NCBI GenBank assembly: GCA_964016885.1
Contig: OZ024755.1
Location: 30,938,001 to 31,002,000 of the forward strand
Reading direction: 5' to 3'
DNA length: 64,000 nucleotides
Source of the DNA: Eledone cirrhosa
Taxonomy: Eukaryota
The notes below the pieces were generated by a model. The model ran no database searches. It worked only from the letters and a program-made list of their open reading frames with translations, and was not told where the DNA came from. The stretch's first letter is position 1. Each line of letters begins with the position of its first letter. Positions 50,125 through 62,720 of this stretch are shown here, piece by piece. The position numbers and the translations under genes are program-made.

Positions 50125-50455
50125 TTCATTTTACGTCCACTTTTCCCTGCTTGCAAGGGTGGGACGGAAACTGATTCTGGCTTGATTTCTACAGCTGGAT
50201 GCCCTTCCTAACACCAACGTCATTTACAGTGAGTGCTGGCTGCTTTTTTTGCCGTGGCACCTCCACGACCACTTTGCAGTGGAATGATAGGGACCCCAGT
50301 CCCTATCATCTCATTTCTACAGCTGAGTAAACTGGAGCAATGTGAAATAAAGTGTCTTGCTCAAGGAAACAACACATCACCCGGTCTGAGAATTGAACTC
50401 ACAACCTTTCGATTGCAAGGCCAATGCTCTAACCACTGAGCCACATGCCTCCACA
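50125..50455 (-). mobile_element. tRNA-headed SINE with RTE-like 3' tail
   Basis: Three near-identical copies (50125-50455, 56100-56455, 61525-61875). The tRNA head (GAGTTCAATTC) is on the minus strand, and the latter two copies end in (ATG)n. Confidence 0.75.
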
Positions 50456-51185
50456 ATAATGTGTTTATATATATACACCCAGGCATTCATTACACTATAA
50501 TGTATATTTAGACATACAAATACATATGTCTTACTTTCCAATCACAAGGTCCTGGTTTCTAATCCTACATTTGTCCCTGTAAAAAGTTATTTCTCCTAAG
50601 TTACCCATACATGTATCCCTGCATGTCATGTCCATATATGCTGAACATTTATATCATTATATTCTAGAAATAGTCGATAAAATAAAGTACCAGTAATGCA
50701 CTGGGTAATTTGCTGGCCTTGTGCTAAACGTAGAAACAATTATATTCTAGAAATATATTATTAAAATATCATTTTTACCTTTAATCATTTCTATGTGTCA
50801 GTAATCAACATAAACTGTAGGGTTTCTCTTATGTACATAACTAATTTATAAAAATATGAATTTCTAAATTTGGAGATGATTCCTCCTGTATCCAGTAATC
50901 CTGATAAATTCTATCAAACCTAGTCTCTAAAAAAATAAATACATAAATACAATAAAGACATATCAAACCTAGTCTCTAAAAAATAAATACATTCAATACC
51001 ATTATTGATGGCTCTGTTGTTCTGGTCGCTGGAATAAAATTGCGGGTGTGCAAAATCAGATGAATTTTACTGTCAAGGGGAAGTAATTTGTAAACATACA
51101 GACCGCCACCCATGTACACACACACGTATGTAACTGTCGTCTGCCAACACGAATACTTTTACCGGAATTTCACGAAGTTTAGGGT

Positions 51186-52241
51186 TTAACCCTTTAGTGT
51201 TCAAACCGCCCGAAATCGCCCGAAATTGCCCGAAAATACCCAAAACTAAAAAAATCGTTCTAAAAATAAACAAACCATCATCAAAATCTCGTCAATTCGA
51301 GACTGCTGTGAGATTAGGCCCTTACCGCGAAATTTAAAACTTAATATAGTGAAATAACTTAAAACAACATGTGTTGTATCAACACGGCTTGTGAAAGTAG
51401 TGATACCGACTTTGAAGGTTTTACACACGACAACATTCAAAATAAACAAGAAACAAAAGATAATATGAGTGATTTATCTTCAAATGAATCAGATGTTTAC
51501 ATTTCTGAAATTTCATCCGACACCATTGAAAAATACCACACAAATATATGTTCCCGATTTTATTCAAAATACTGGTCCACAACACACATTAGCTCCTGAT
51601 ACTAAAGCACTGGATTATTTCTTTTTGTTTTTACCACAAACTTTCTTCGAAGTTGTGGCAGAAGAGATTAATCGATATGCCCAACAACAGATTTCAAATC
51701 AAGGAACCCCGATCTGTTATGGCGACTGACAGATGCTGCGGAAATGCAAGTATTTTTTACCGTAAATATTATGTTCGGTATAAAACAATTTCCAAGACTG
51801 TGAAATTACTGGAGCACTGATATAAGGTTTAGTTATCCTTATATATCAAGTATTATGCCGAAAACAACGTATTTAAAATTAAACCAGTATTTGCACCTGG
51901 TTGATACTTCAAATGCTCCTATTAATTAATTTCACCTGCCCATAAAAGTCAAATTTAACCAAAAAAAATCAGGTAAAATTATATAATTGTAAATTATTGA
52001 TATTTAAACATCTACTGACAAAATGTCAAGCCTGCACATAGAAAATTAAGAAAATTACAAACAAATAAAATTGATAACCCTCTTGAGTATGATTAACAAA
52101 AAAAACTAATTGTTTCTACTTTTACCCCAGTGTATTACTGGTACTTTATTTTATCGACCCCGTAAGGATGAAAAGCAAAGTCAACCTCGGCATGCGAACA
52201 GATAAGCACGACGTTTGAAAATTAATGCGAATGCTAAAGGG
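51186..52241 (+). mobile_element. piggyBac (PGBD4-like) transposon relic
   Basis: TTAA|CCCTTTAG left end, subterminal GCCCGAAA repeats, broken peptides ALDYFFLFLP..AEEINRYAQQ, NYWST and IMPK..YLHL. A probable right end is GAATGCTAAAGGG. Confidence 0.75.
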
Positions 52242-52354
52242 AGATTCTTGCCTTTACTTCGTTGCTTTTCATTATCAATGTTTTATTATAAAGTTGTGAA
52301 TGTAATTATGGCGAATACATTGATGTTTGGGTAATTTACTATTTTACGTTCACA

Positions 52355-53015
52355 AACTCAAATAAACATTATCGCTAGTTATGCCTGGAGGTCGAAAGTG
52401 AAACTGTTAAGCAGTAAACCACAAGTAAAATTACTGACTAGGGTTTAGGGTTAGGTTATTTATTGAAAAAGAGAGAGAAAAATTATTAGATATACAAAAA
52501 GAGACAGAATTAAAAGTGATATTTTCGATGAAAAAATTTAGTTTCATCCACTTCCACCGTCATTGGTTCTCCATCCTCATTAATCCCACCTATTTGTTGG
52601 GGGTTTTGCTCAAGCCACATCTCACATACCTCGCGACAAACATTACACCAATCTACTGCAATACCATGTTTTGCCATCAGATATATCACCTCTATTAATA
52701 AGGAAGCATTCAACACTACAGGATTCACAAATCAAAGTATTGCGTAAAAGCCGTCTACATGTACACCACTGTATACAGCTCCAAGTACAGTTACATCTCT
52801 TGCAAGTTTGGTTATATTATATTTCTCAGCCAAAATTTGAGTGCTATTCATTACTTCATCTGGTGGAACAATATATTTTGGCGCAGTAGCAGGTCGACCT
52901 CCAGGTCAGACGTGAAAGTAATTTTCAAAAGTGAAACTTTTAAGCTTAATTCACCGCTTAACAAATTCACTTTCGACCTCCAGACATAACTAGCGATAAT
53001 GTTTATTTAAGTTTG
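52355..53015 (-). mobile_element. Merlin (IS1595/ISXO2-like) transposase fragment between ~50-bp inverted repeats
   Basis: VDWCNVCREVC...QIGG...VEVDETKFFHRKYH matches the Merlin IGG..VEIDESKF..RKY motif. Inverted repeats at 52355-52403 and 52966-53014. Confidence 0.75.
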
Positions 53016-53933
53016 ATAGTCGTGTTTTATTAATTTATTTGTTCAATCCCGCCGAGGTTGACTTTGCCTTTCATCCTTACGGGGTCGATAAAATAAAGTA
53101 CCAGTAATGCACTGGGTAATTGCTGGCCTTGTGCCTAAAGTAGAAACAATTAATTTATTTATTTTGTTCGAGGGATTTTTGCCTGGTTGAGCGGCCAAGT
53201 AGGAGACTTTGTGTCGTTCTGTATATTTACAGATTTTTGCACACCCGCAATTTTAGTCCAGGAGAGAGAACGGAGGTGAGGTGAGAGTGTTTGTTTGGTT
53301 GGTGAGAGAGACAGAAAGAAGATAGTATCGTAGTAGGAGGGGGTGGCGTTCTGTATGTTTACAAATTACTTCCCCTTCATTGTAAAATTAATCTTATTTT
53401 GCACACCCGCAATTTTACTCCAGGAGAGAGAACGGAGGTGAGGTAAGAGTGTTTGGTTGGTGAGAGAGACAGAAAGAAGATAGCATCGTGGTAGGAGGGG
53501 GTGGCGTTTACAAATTACTTCCCCTTGATTGTAAAATTAATCTTATTTTTGCACACCCGCAATTTTATTCCAGGAGAGTTTTATTAATTTGTTTTTTTGT
53601 TTGTTTTTTTCACGGTATTTTTACCCGGTAGAGCGCCCAAATAGGAGACTTGGTGTCGTTGTGTATATTTACAGATTTAATTCCTCCTGGCTGTAAAAGT
53701 GATATATATATCATCATCATCACTATTTAACATCCATTTTCTACTCTAGATGCCCTTCCTAACACATATATATACGAGAACCAATCTTAAATAGGGAGAT
53801 AGAAATAAGATAGGAGAAATTGGTGATGTTATTAGAAGCCAAAAGCTTAAAAGCGGGTGCTCCATGTGCAATATGCAGTGGAAAGCAGTTGGAAAACTGG
53901 ATTCATGCGGAGGTTAGGTCTACAGAGCTGGAA

Positions 53934-54370
53934 ATATTCAGTAGTTAAGCAAATCAAGACCACAAACTCACATAGAAGACATTAGTCAAAGAGTATCAAC
54001 ATTTAGTGCATTTAATATAAAGAAGAGAGGATAAGAATGTCAGTTTACAATTGTTTCACTACTACATATAATATTTCCAGATCAATCGATGGTAAGGACA
54101 TTATTGATTTGGTGCAGATAAGTAACATAAAATAATACTATGGAGCAGATCCTCGGAACTTGAGATGAGATAATGAAATTATTAATATATATAAAGCAGA
54201 AATAAAAATAAAATAAGAGGGTTACGTGTCCGTAAAGAATCCTCAGATTAGCAGCTCCCCGGATGGGGTCCCTTGGTACTGGAGAACTTTTATATTAAAC
54301 TGCACTTAATGCTGATACTCTTTGACTAATGTCTTCTATGTGAGTTTGTGGTCTTGATTTGCTTAACTAC

Positions 54371-54377
<7 letters not shown>
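53934..54377. repeat. ~77-bp inverted repeat pair abutting (TA)n (Penelope-like fold-back end)
   Basis: 53934-54010 is nearly the reverse complement of 54301-54377. Confidence 0.75.
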
Positions 54378-54422
<45 letters not shown>

Positions 54423-54704
54423 ATAAGAGCTAGAATAAAATTATTTAGTATGATGCTCTAATGCTTCTACTAATTAGTTTTAGTTTCAACACATGGCCTC
54501 AGATCAAATATCACTTACTTGACTTACAACTTGACTTACAACTCCAAATATAGTTTGGTGTTATTCTGACTTTATTGACAAGGCATAGCTCTCACCATAC
54601 TTGTTAAGAGCTATGCCTTGCTGATTAAGTCACACCATGTATTTAGCCATTTCCATCCTCTCGAAATAAACAAAAAACAAAAGAGACAGTAAAGAATTAC
54701 TTAC

Positions 54705-54801
54705 CCAAGAATTTAGCCCCATTTAAATGGCGCTGAGGAGAAGACACAGCAGTCATACTGAATACTGCAGGTGATGTAATTATGACAGAGAGACCATGAG
54801 G
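54705..54801 (-). CDS. ADHFE1: ADHFE1 exon
   Basis: PHGLSVIITSPAVFSMTAVSSPQRHLNGAKFL(G); 97 nt; carries the metal-ligand PHG motif. Confidence 0.95.
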
Positions 54802-55813
54802 CTGTAAAAGAATGGAGAGAGGATTAGAACCTCAGATTGTAACGAAATCGGTATACACCTTGACCCCTGGGTAACATTTAACGGCCATTAACTGGGTTAT
54901 CTCCTTTCGGGCGTAAACAGGTCTGAAAGTGGATGACCTCTAAAGGTCAGCCCCTTTGTTCTCAAGTATTGGAGACAGAGATAAATAGCCTGCCTTGGAT
55001 CAACCAAGCGGCAATTCAAAGCAGTTCTTGATAGAGTAAACATGTGAACTATTACTTCCTACAGACTCCTTAGGGTCTTACAGACTCTTGCTTTCTCTTG
55101 GTCTCTCTCTTAACCAAGCCAGTGAAATACATGAAGTTTTCTTGATAAATACAATTTCGATGACAGTGGGAGTTTGGCTCTTCCACTCTATCTATAGAGT
55201 TCATACTAACTTCTTTATATCAAGGGCACATGATATGTGTATGTATATATTCTTGTGTATTTTTCGTATAGCTCCGGCGTGAGCTATTTTCAATAAATTA
55301 ATAATATGGCAGTTTGGTGTCATCGTGGTTCATTTATATATATTCATGTTCTGCGTGATCAAGGAACTATCACATCATCATCGTCTTATTTAACACTTAC
55401 TCACTTACCTACACATATTCAACCTCTGGTCACACTGTATCACACCACAGCGACCACACCACACAGCAAGCTACAAGTGAGGACACATGCAACAAACGAA
55501 TCAACACCACAACACAATCAACTACCAGTACGGCCATCAAATCCTTGTTATATATGTACTTCATTATTTATGTTAGAGTGTTATTTTGTTGAATGATAAA
55601 TCACGTATGTTATTGCTAGTTTATAGGAGGTGCGGACAATAAGATTTGAATTTTGTTTTTATTTTCATTTTTTAGAACTTCTGAACTTATCACAATAACC
55701 TGCTTCTGGTATCATAGTCCCAGATAGAACCATGTAATTATGCCTGATTCCATTAACATATTACTAAACATCTGAAAACAAATCTAGAGTGAAAATAAGG
55801 TATGTATACTTAC

Positions 55814-55892
55814 AATTATAGGGTTGTTTGTTGGGTAACCTTCAGCTTGATAGTTTCTTACTAATCCAGCAATTGGATAAGATATAGCATGG
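55814..55892 (-). CDS. ADHFE1: ADHFE1 exon
   Basis: (C)HAISYPIAGLVRNYQAEGYPTNNPII; 79 nt; AG/GT boundaries. Confidence 0.95.
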
Positions 55893-56572
55893 CTGTAAAC
55901 AGTAATAGAAAAAAAAGACAGTTATCAGAGCTGAAATAGCTCTTCCAGCACGTTTCTCTCTCACCATCCTCTCACCAAGCCTTCTCTATTCTGTCTGCCG
56001 GGGGCACAAGGCAGCCAGTGCAAGGGCCCCCATTTGCTCATAATGGGGAGAGTGGGAGAGACAGAGGCAGTTTGGTTCTTTTGTATTTGGACCTGGTGTA
56101 TCATCATCATCATCATCATTTCATTTTACGTCCACTTTTCCCTGCTTGCAAGGGTGGGACGGGAACTGATTCTGGCTTGATTTCTACAGCTGGATGCCCT
56201 TCCTAACACCAACCTCCTTTACAGTGAGTGCTGGGTGCTTTTTTTTTTTTGCTGTGGCACCTCCACGACCACTTTACAGTGGAATGATAGGGACCCCGGT
56301 CCCTATCATCTCATTTCTACAGCTGAGTAAACTGGAGCAATGTGAAATTAAGTGTCTTGCTCAAGGAAACAACACATCACCCGGTCTGAGAATTGAACTC
56401 ACAACCTTTCGATTGCAAGGCCAATGCTCTAACCACTAAGCCATGTGCCTCCATATGTATATATAAGAGAGAATGAGGTAAGGGTTGGCATGAACACAAT
56501 TTTTGAAGATAGCAAGTTTGGCTCTGACAGCTACTTCTCTTCTTCTGATTCAGATATTATAAACTGATTTAT

Positions 56573-57200
56573 TTAACCCCTTAGCATTTACATTACTCCA
56601 TATATACTATTGTATTTTTGTGGTAATGGCTTTATCTTACATAATTATTTCACATAATATCGAATCTCTGAGATTTTGAGAATAATACCTTAACATTAGT
56701 ATGAGTGACCAGTTATGGTCAGTTTGAACAGAAAGAGGTAAGAGAATTCAGCTGGTTTAAATGCTAAAAGGTTAAAACTAGTGTCCTTGTCTTGGTTGTT
56801 GTAATTATATTTCACCTGCTGAATCTTTAGCTTTCTTTAAGACTTATCAAGTAAAATTCTTGATAATTCAAACAATGGGTATAAATATTTCTCATTCTAC
56901 TGCCCTAGTTCACAACAGTTGGTTATGTGCTAAATGTGCAAACCTACCTTCTGGTTCTCAGTTCAATCTTTGGGTTAATGTATTTACATAGACTCTATTT
57001 TAAACCGGCTGTATCCGGCCAGAATTCTCTCACCTCCAACCATAACTGGTTGCTCATACTGACATTAAAGTATTGTTCTCAAAATAAATAACATCAAAAT
57101 CTTGTAGATTCAATACTATGTGAGATAATTATGTAAGATTAAGTGTTTACCACAAAAATACAATATTATATATAGAGTAATGTAAATGCGAAAGGGTTAA
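56573..57200. mobile_element. Two piggyBac-type MITEs in opposite orientation
   Basis: TTAA|CCC(C/T)TTAGCATTTA termini, ~200 bp each (56573-56775 and ~56990-57200). The family also occurs at ~31135-31300, 61326-61916, 62243-62461 and 62521-62720. Confidence 0.8.
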
Positions 57201-58289
57201 GCAGAAGAAGCAAGCAACACTGTAAGTAACTAGTTAACTAATGCAAGGCTATCCCATCCTAAAGATGGTAATAATCTACTCCTCGTTGTTTGAATAAATG
57301 TTTTCATTTCAGATTCTAAGAACATTACCAAATATGACCTAAGAAGGTCGAAGAATACAACAGTCAAAATGTTGTGACTATGCGAAGAGGTGCTGAATGG
57401 TTCCTCCTGGCTTTGGGTAAAAGAAAATAATTGTTTCTACTTTTGGCACAAGGCCAGCAATTACACCAGTGCATTACTGGTACTTTATTTTATCAACCCC
57501 CGTTAGGATGAAAGGCAAAGTTAACCTCAGCAGAATTTGAACTCAGATCAGAAAGGGGCGTAACTCTGTGCTACAAAGCATGTTGTCCGACCCTCTACCG
57601 ATACTGCCAAACCACCACCCTTAAAGAAAATAATGGAGGATCAATTAAAAGGAAATACAGGAGGATCAATTAAAAGATAATTGTTTCTACTATTGGCACA
57701 AGGCCAGCAATTACCCAGTACATTACTGGTACTTTATTTTATCGACCCCGTAAGGATGAAAGGCAAAGTTAACCTTGGCGGGATTTGAACTCAGAATGGC
57801 AAGGGCCGTAACCCTATGCGTCAAAGCATGGCGTCCGATCCTCTACCGAAACTGCCAATCCACCTAAAAGATAATACAGGAGGATCAGTTAATTATGATT
57901 TTATTCAACATATTCCCCTCTCAGATTCACACACTTACTGTAGCAGTCCTACCTTCCCTGTAAAGGTAACAGCTCTACCCTTTCACAATACCCTTAATGC
58001 CAGGAATGTTTCAGCACCCTCTTGTATAACTACCAACATTTTTTTTATCTAGTGTTATGCAGGATTACATTGATAATTAGGATCTTAATCATAATTTTTT
58101 CTACTTTTGGCACAAGGCCAGCAATTACTCCAGTGCATTACTGGTACTTTTATTTTATCGACCTCATAAGGATGAAAGGTAAAGTTAACCTCGGTGGGAT
58201 TTGAACTCAGACCATAAATGGGCGCAACTCTATTCTGCAAAACATGGCGTCCAACTCTCTACCAATAGTTCCAATCCACTGCCATCTTT

Positions 58290-58815
58290 CATTAAAACAC
58301 CCAAGTGTCCTCCTATGAAATACAACATTGTATGAGGCCTGCTAACCCTACATAGGTGTGTGTGTTGTAGGAACATGATAAGTTTAAGCCCCCTATCATT
58401 AAAACACTTCAGGAACCACCTATGAGATACAGCCTCGTAAGAGGCTAGCTAAACCTGCATTGGTAGGGGCTGTAACATGATAGAAAGGGGACCCCTATCA
58501 TTAAAATACCTGGGGAATATCCTATAAGATACAACCTTGTAGGAGGCTAGCTAAACCTGCATTGGTAGGGGCTGTAACATGATAGAAAGGGGACCCCTAT
58601 CATTAAAATACCTGGGGAATATCCTATAAGATACAATCTTGTAGGAGGCTAGCTAAACCTGCTTTGGTAGGGGCTGTAACATGATAGAAAGGGGACTCCT
58701 ATCATTAAAATACCTGGGGAATATCCTATAAGATACAATCTTGTAGGAGGCTAGCTAAACCTGCTTTGGTAGGGGCTGTAACATGATAGAAAAGGGACTC
58801 CTATCATTAAAAATC
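58290..58815. repeat. 102-bp tandem repeat (~5 copies)
   Basis: GAGGCTAGCTAAACC recurs at 58441, 58543, 58645 and 58747. Confidence 0.92.
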
Positions 58816-58915
58816 CTGAGAAACTTATGATTTGTACATTATTCTATGTACTATACATGCACCTTTGATGAGCTGTAGTGCACCTGAGCACTGTACACAA
58901 TCATATTATGCTTAC

Positions 58916-59014
58916 CATAGATGAACACCAGCATTTCCAAAACCAACAGCAGCAAAACTACTAGCCAGTTGTAAATTTGATAAGGCTTCTAAATCTTCTT
59001 GGTTGTCAACTGCC
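58916..59014 (-). CDS. ADHFE1: ADHFE1 exon
   Basis: (R)AVDNQEDLEALSNLQLASSFAAVGFGNAGVHL(C); 99 nt. Confidence 0.96.
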
Positions 59015-59212
59015 CTGGAAAATTTGGAGACAAATAAATAAAATATGATTAACGGATATATTTTATACTGTTGTTGTCATCCCCCACTTGGTGGTGGCAG
59101 TAGTAGTCATGGTCGTGGTGGTAGTTGTAGTAGTAGCAGTAGTGGTGGAGGTGGTCATAGTAGTGATGGTGGTGGTAGTAGTAGTAGTGGTGGTGGTGGT
59201 GTTGTTAGTAGC

Positions 59213-59244
<32 letters not shown>

Positions 59245-59285
59245 CAGTAGTAGTAGCAGCAATAGTGTATTCAAAAGGCCCTTAC

Positions 59286-59438
59286 CTTTGAAGATATCGA
59301 TCACACACCTCCAGTGCAGCCTGAGACCAAATATCACTAATAGGGTTACTACCTTGGTAGGCCGGACGAAGTTCAGGGCTGCTTGCTCTTGGTACTCTTT
59401 CATTATATGGTAGAGCTGTGTAAGATTCTAATGCATGA
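59286..59438 (-). CDS. ADHFE1: ADHFE1 exon
   Basis: (C)HALESYTALPYNERVPRASSPELRPAYQGSNPISDIWSQAALEVCDRYLQ(R); 153 nt; includes the HOT-type RPAYQGSNPISD motif. Confidence 0.97.
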
Positions 59439-59577
59439 CTGAAATATTGAAGAAAAATGACTGGTAAAGAAATAATTAAGGCATTCAGAACATAAGCTGG
59501 CAACATCTGACTTTGAGAGAGATATATGCCAGCCTCCCACACATATCTGTCGTTGTACATAAAAGGAGAGTAAGATG

Positions 59578-59900
59578 TGCTGGCCACTGCCATCGTGCCA
59601 CCTCTGAGGCTGTGTCCCCATTAGTGCTTTGGAAAACATAAGCAGTCACTAATAACAGGGGGCGCAAGCTCTCCTATCTCGATTTGCTGGCCACTGCCAT
59701 CGTGCCACCTATGAGGCTGTGTCCCCATTAGTGCTTTGGAAAACATAAGCAGTCACTAATAACAGGGGGCACAAGCTCTCCTATCTCGATTTGCTGACCA
59801 CTGCCATCGTGCCACCTATGAGGCTGTGTCCCCATTACTGCTTTGGAAACCACAAGCACTCACTAATAACAGGGGGTGCAAGCTCTATCTCTATCTTCTT
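59578..59900. repeat. 107-bp tandem repeat x3
   Basis: TGCTGRCCACTGCCATCGTGCCACCT at 59578, 59685 and 59792. Confidence 0.92.
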
Positions 59901-60453
59901 ATCATCAACCACTCTACGGAGTGTACTGAGTGCCAAGGAAGTCTGTATCCCGCTTATGTACAGTCATTATCGAGTGCAGAGGTGAAGTTGTCATGTCTTT
60001 TGACACAAACTGACCGAGCCTCTTAACCCTTCGTTTGGCAAGCTTTCTAAGGTTGGACACTCTTCCTAACATTAACCACTCTACAGCATGTACTGGGTGC
60101 TTTTATTGTGTAGATCACCAGCATTGTATATATTTAGGCCAGTAGTTAACTCCCGTTTCAATACCATTAAGGAATGGATACCAATATATCAAATGTCATT
60201 TTTCCAAACATTCCCATAACAGCTAGGTGGTGAGGGCCATGAAGAATGTACTATCTATTTTCGGCTGGATGAACTGTGTTGTCTTTTAGTGAAATATTTG
60301 GCCATGGACATAGCACGGTATACAAATCTTGGATATTTTCGGTGACTAGTAGTTCAATGTCCTTAAGAATTGGACATGGAAGAAATTAGAAACATTGTCA
60401 GGTAAAGGAGGAAAGGGGATAATCTAACTGTATGCTTATGTAAATAAACTCAC

Positions 60454-60559
60454 CACAATATATCCAGCCCACTGTATGCAACAACTCGTTCTGGTTGAGA
60501 TATCACATTCAATGGATCCAGAATACCTAAAGTTGGTCGTAAAGACCGATTGGAAATAC
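60454..60559 (-). CDS. ADHFE1: ADHFE1 exon
   Basis: (G)ISNRSLRPTLGILDPLNVISQPERVVAYSGLDIL(C); 106 nt. Confidence 0.96.
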
Positions 60560-60624
60560 CTGCAAAATATAGAAAAAGTGAAAAACATTTTTTTCATAGA
60601 GTTCTATTTATAAATTTGCCTGTT

Positions 60625-61122
60625 TTACACATATATATCTATACATGCGTATATATCTATACATGCATATATATCTATACATACATATATATCTATACAC
60701 ACATATATCTATACACACATATATCTATACACACATATATATCTATACATGCATATATATCTATACACACATATATATCTATACATGCATATATATCTAT
60801 ACATGCATATATATCTATACATATATATCTATACACACATATATATCTATACATGCATATATATCTATACATGCATATATATCTATACATGCATATATAT
60901 CTATACACGCATATATATCTATACACGCATATATATCTATACATGCATATATATCTATACATGCATATATATATATATACATGCATATATATATCTATAC
61001 ATGCATATATATATCTATACATGCATATATATCTATACACACATATATATCTATACACACATATATATCTATACACACATATATATCTATACACACATAT
61101 ATATCTATACACACATATATAT
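60625..61122. repeat. ~18-bp AT-rich minisatellite (ATCTATACAYRCATATAT)
   Basis: Directly visible and fills most of a short ADHFE1 intron. Confidence 0.93.
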
Positions 61123-61172
61123 CAGCAACAACAAAAACAACATTGGAAACAAGAAGATAACTGACAACTTAC

Positions 61173-61250
61173 CAGTCTTAGCTTTAAGTTTATCAAAGCC
61201 AAACACAGCTGTACCAGTTGTCTCACTGCCTGTTCCTGTTGTAGTTGGCA
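61173..61250 (-). CDS. ADHFE1: ADHFE1 exon
   Basis: (V)[25 protein letters not shown](G); 78 nt; the iron-containing ADH signature PTTxGTGSE. Confidence 0.97.
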
Positions 61251-62242
61251 CTAGAGAGAAACCACATCATTATAAGGCGTTAGAATTAGATGGGATCTGC
61301 TAATTAACTGTTAATTATCAAGAGCTTAACCCTTTAGCATTTAAACTGGCTGTATCCGGCCAGAATTCTCTCACCCCTTTCTGTTCAAACTGGCTGTAAT
61401 TGGCTGCTCATACTGATGTTAGGATATTGTTCTCAAAATAATTAACATCAAAGTCTCATAGATTCAATATTATGTGAAATAATTATGGAAAATAAAACAT
61501 TTACCACAAAAATACAATAGTATATCATCATCATCATCATCATCATTTCATTTTACGTCCACTTTTCCCTGCTTGCAAGGATGGGACAGGAACTGATTTT
61601 GGCTTGATTTCTACAGCTGGATGCCCTTCCTAACACCAACCTCATTTACAGTGAGTGCTGGGTGCTTTTTTGCCGTGGCACCTCCACGACCACTTTGCAG
61701 TGGAATGATAGGGACCCCAGTCCCTATCATCTCATTTCTACAGCTGAGTAAACTGGAGCAATGTGAAATAAAGTGCCTTGCTCAAGGAAACAACACATCA
61801 CCTGGTCTGAGAATTGAACTCACAACCTTTCGATTGCAAGGCCAATGCTCTAACCACTAAGCCATGTGCCTCCATATATAGTATATATAGAGTAATTTAA
61901 ATGCTAAAGGGTTTAAGAAGGATTAATTCAGGACATGTCATTACTAGCTGTCTCTTTGAAAGTAAAGTAAAACAATTGAAAGAAACATTATTTCAATATT
62001 GGACATAGGGTTATTTAATGTCCCTGAGAAAATAGAGAGAAATGATTTGAAGAAACGTCATTGCAATATTGGATGTACCATTATTCAAGAACTGAAGAAA
62101 CATTTTAAAACTGAGAGAATACCTTGATGTCTGGCAGTAGCATCCTTAGGGATAGATGGATAGACTGGTTTTTACTTGACTCTTACTTTTTACTCTGAGA
62201 CATTTCTCAGCCACACCCCGAGAACTGCTTATGGTTGCAGGT

Positions 62243-62720
62243 TTAACCCTTTAGCATTTAAACCAGCCATATATCTCTCTCCTCTTTCAGTTCAAACTGA
62301 CCATAACTGGCCCCTCATACGAATGTTAAGGTATTGTTCTCCGAATAAATAATATCAAAATCACATAGATTTGATATTATGTGAGATAATTATGTAAGAT
62401 AAAGCCTTTACCGTGAAAATACAATAGTAAATATAGAGTAATGTAAATGTTAAGGGGTTAAACTTAGAGAGGCAGGTGCATGGAGAGAAAATGAGTTCTG
62501 CCAAGAATGGAAAAACAGGTATAACCCTTTAATATTTACACTATATTTACTATTGTATTTTCACAGAAAAGGCTTTATCTCCCATAATATCTAATCTATG
62601 AGATTTTGATATTATTTATTTTGAGGACAATACCTTAACATCAGTTTGAGCAGCCAGTTATGGCCAGTTTGAACAGAAAGAGGTGAGAGAATGCTGGCCG
62701 GTTTAAATGCTAAAGGTTTT
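62243..62720. mobile_element. Inverted pair of piggyBac-type MITEs
   Basis: 62243-62461 and 62521-62720 are reverse-complement copies about 60 bp apart. Confidence 0.8.

Noticed and set aside
52438-52460. Interstitial telomere (TAGGGTTTAGGGTTAGG)
   Set aside because: Only about three imperfect units, embedded in a transposon relic.
54838-55085. Possible solo LTR starting TGTAAC
   Set aside because: No second copy, TSD or PBS/PPT could be identified.
57335-57385. Hammerhead-like remnant (CCTAAGAAGG...CAGTCAAAATGTTGTG)
   Set aside because: Both core boxes are mutated, so it is too degenerate to call.
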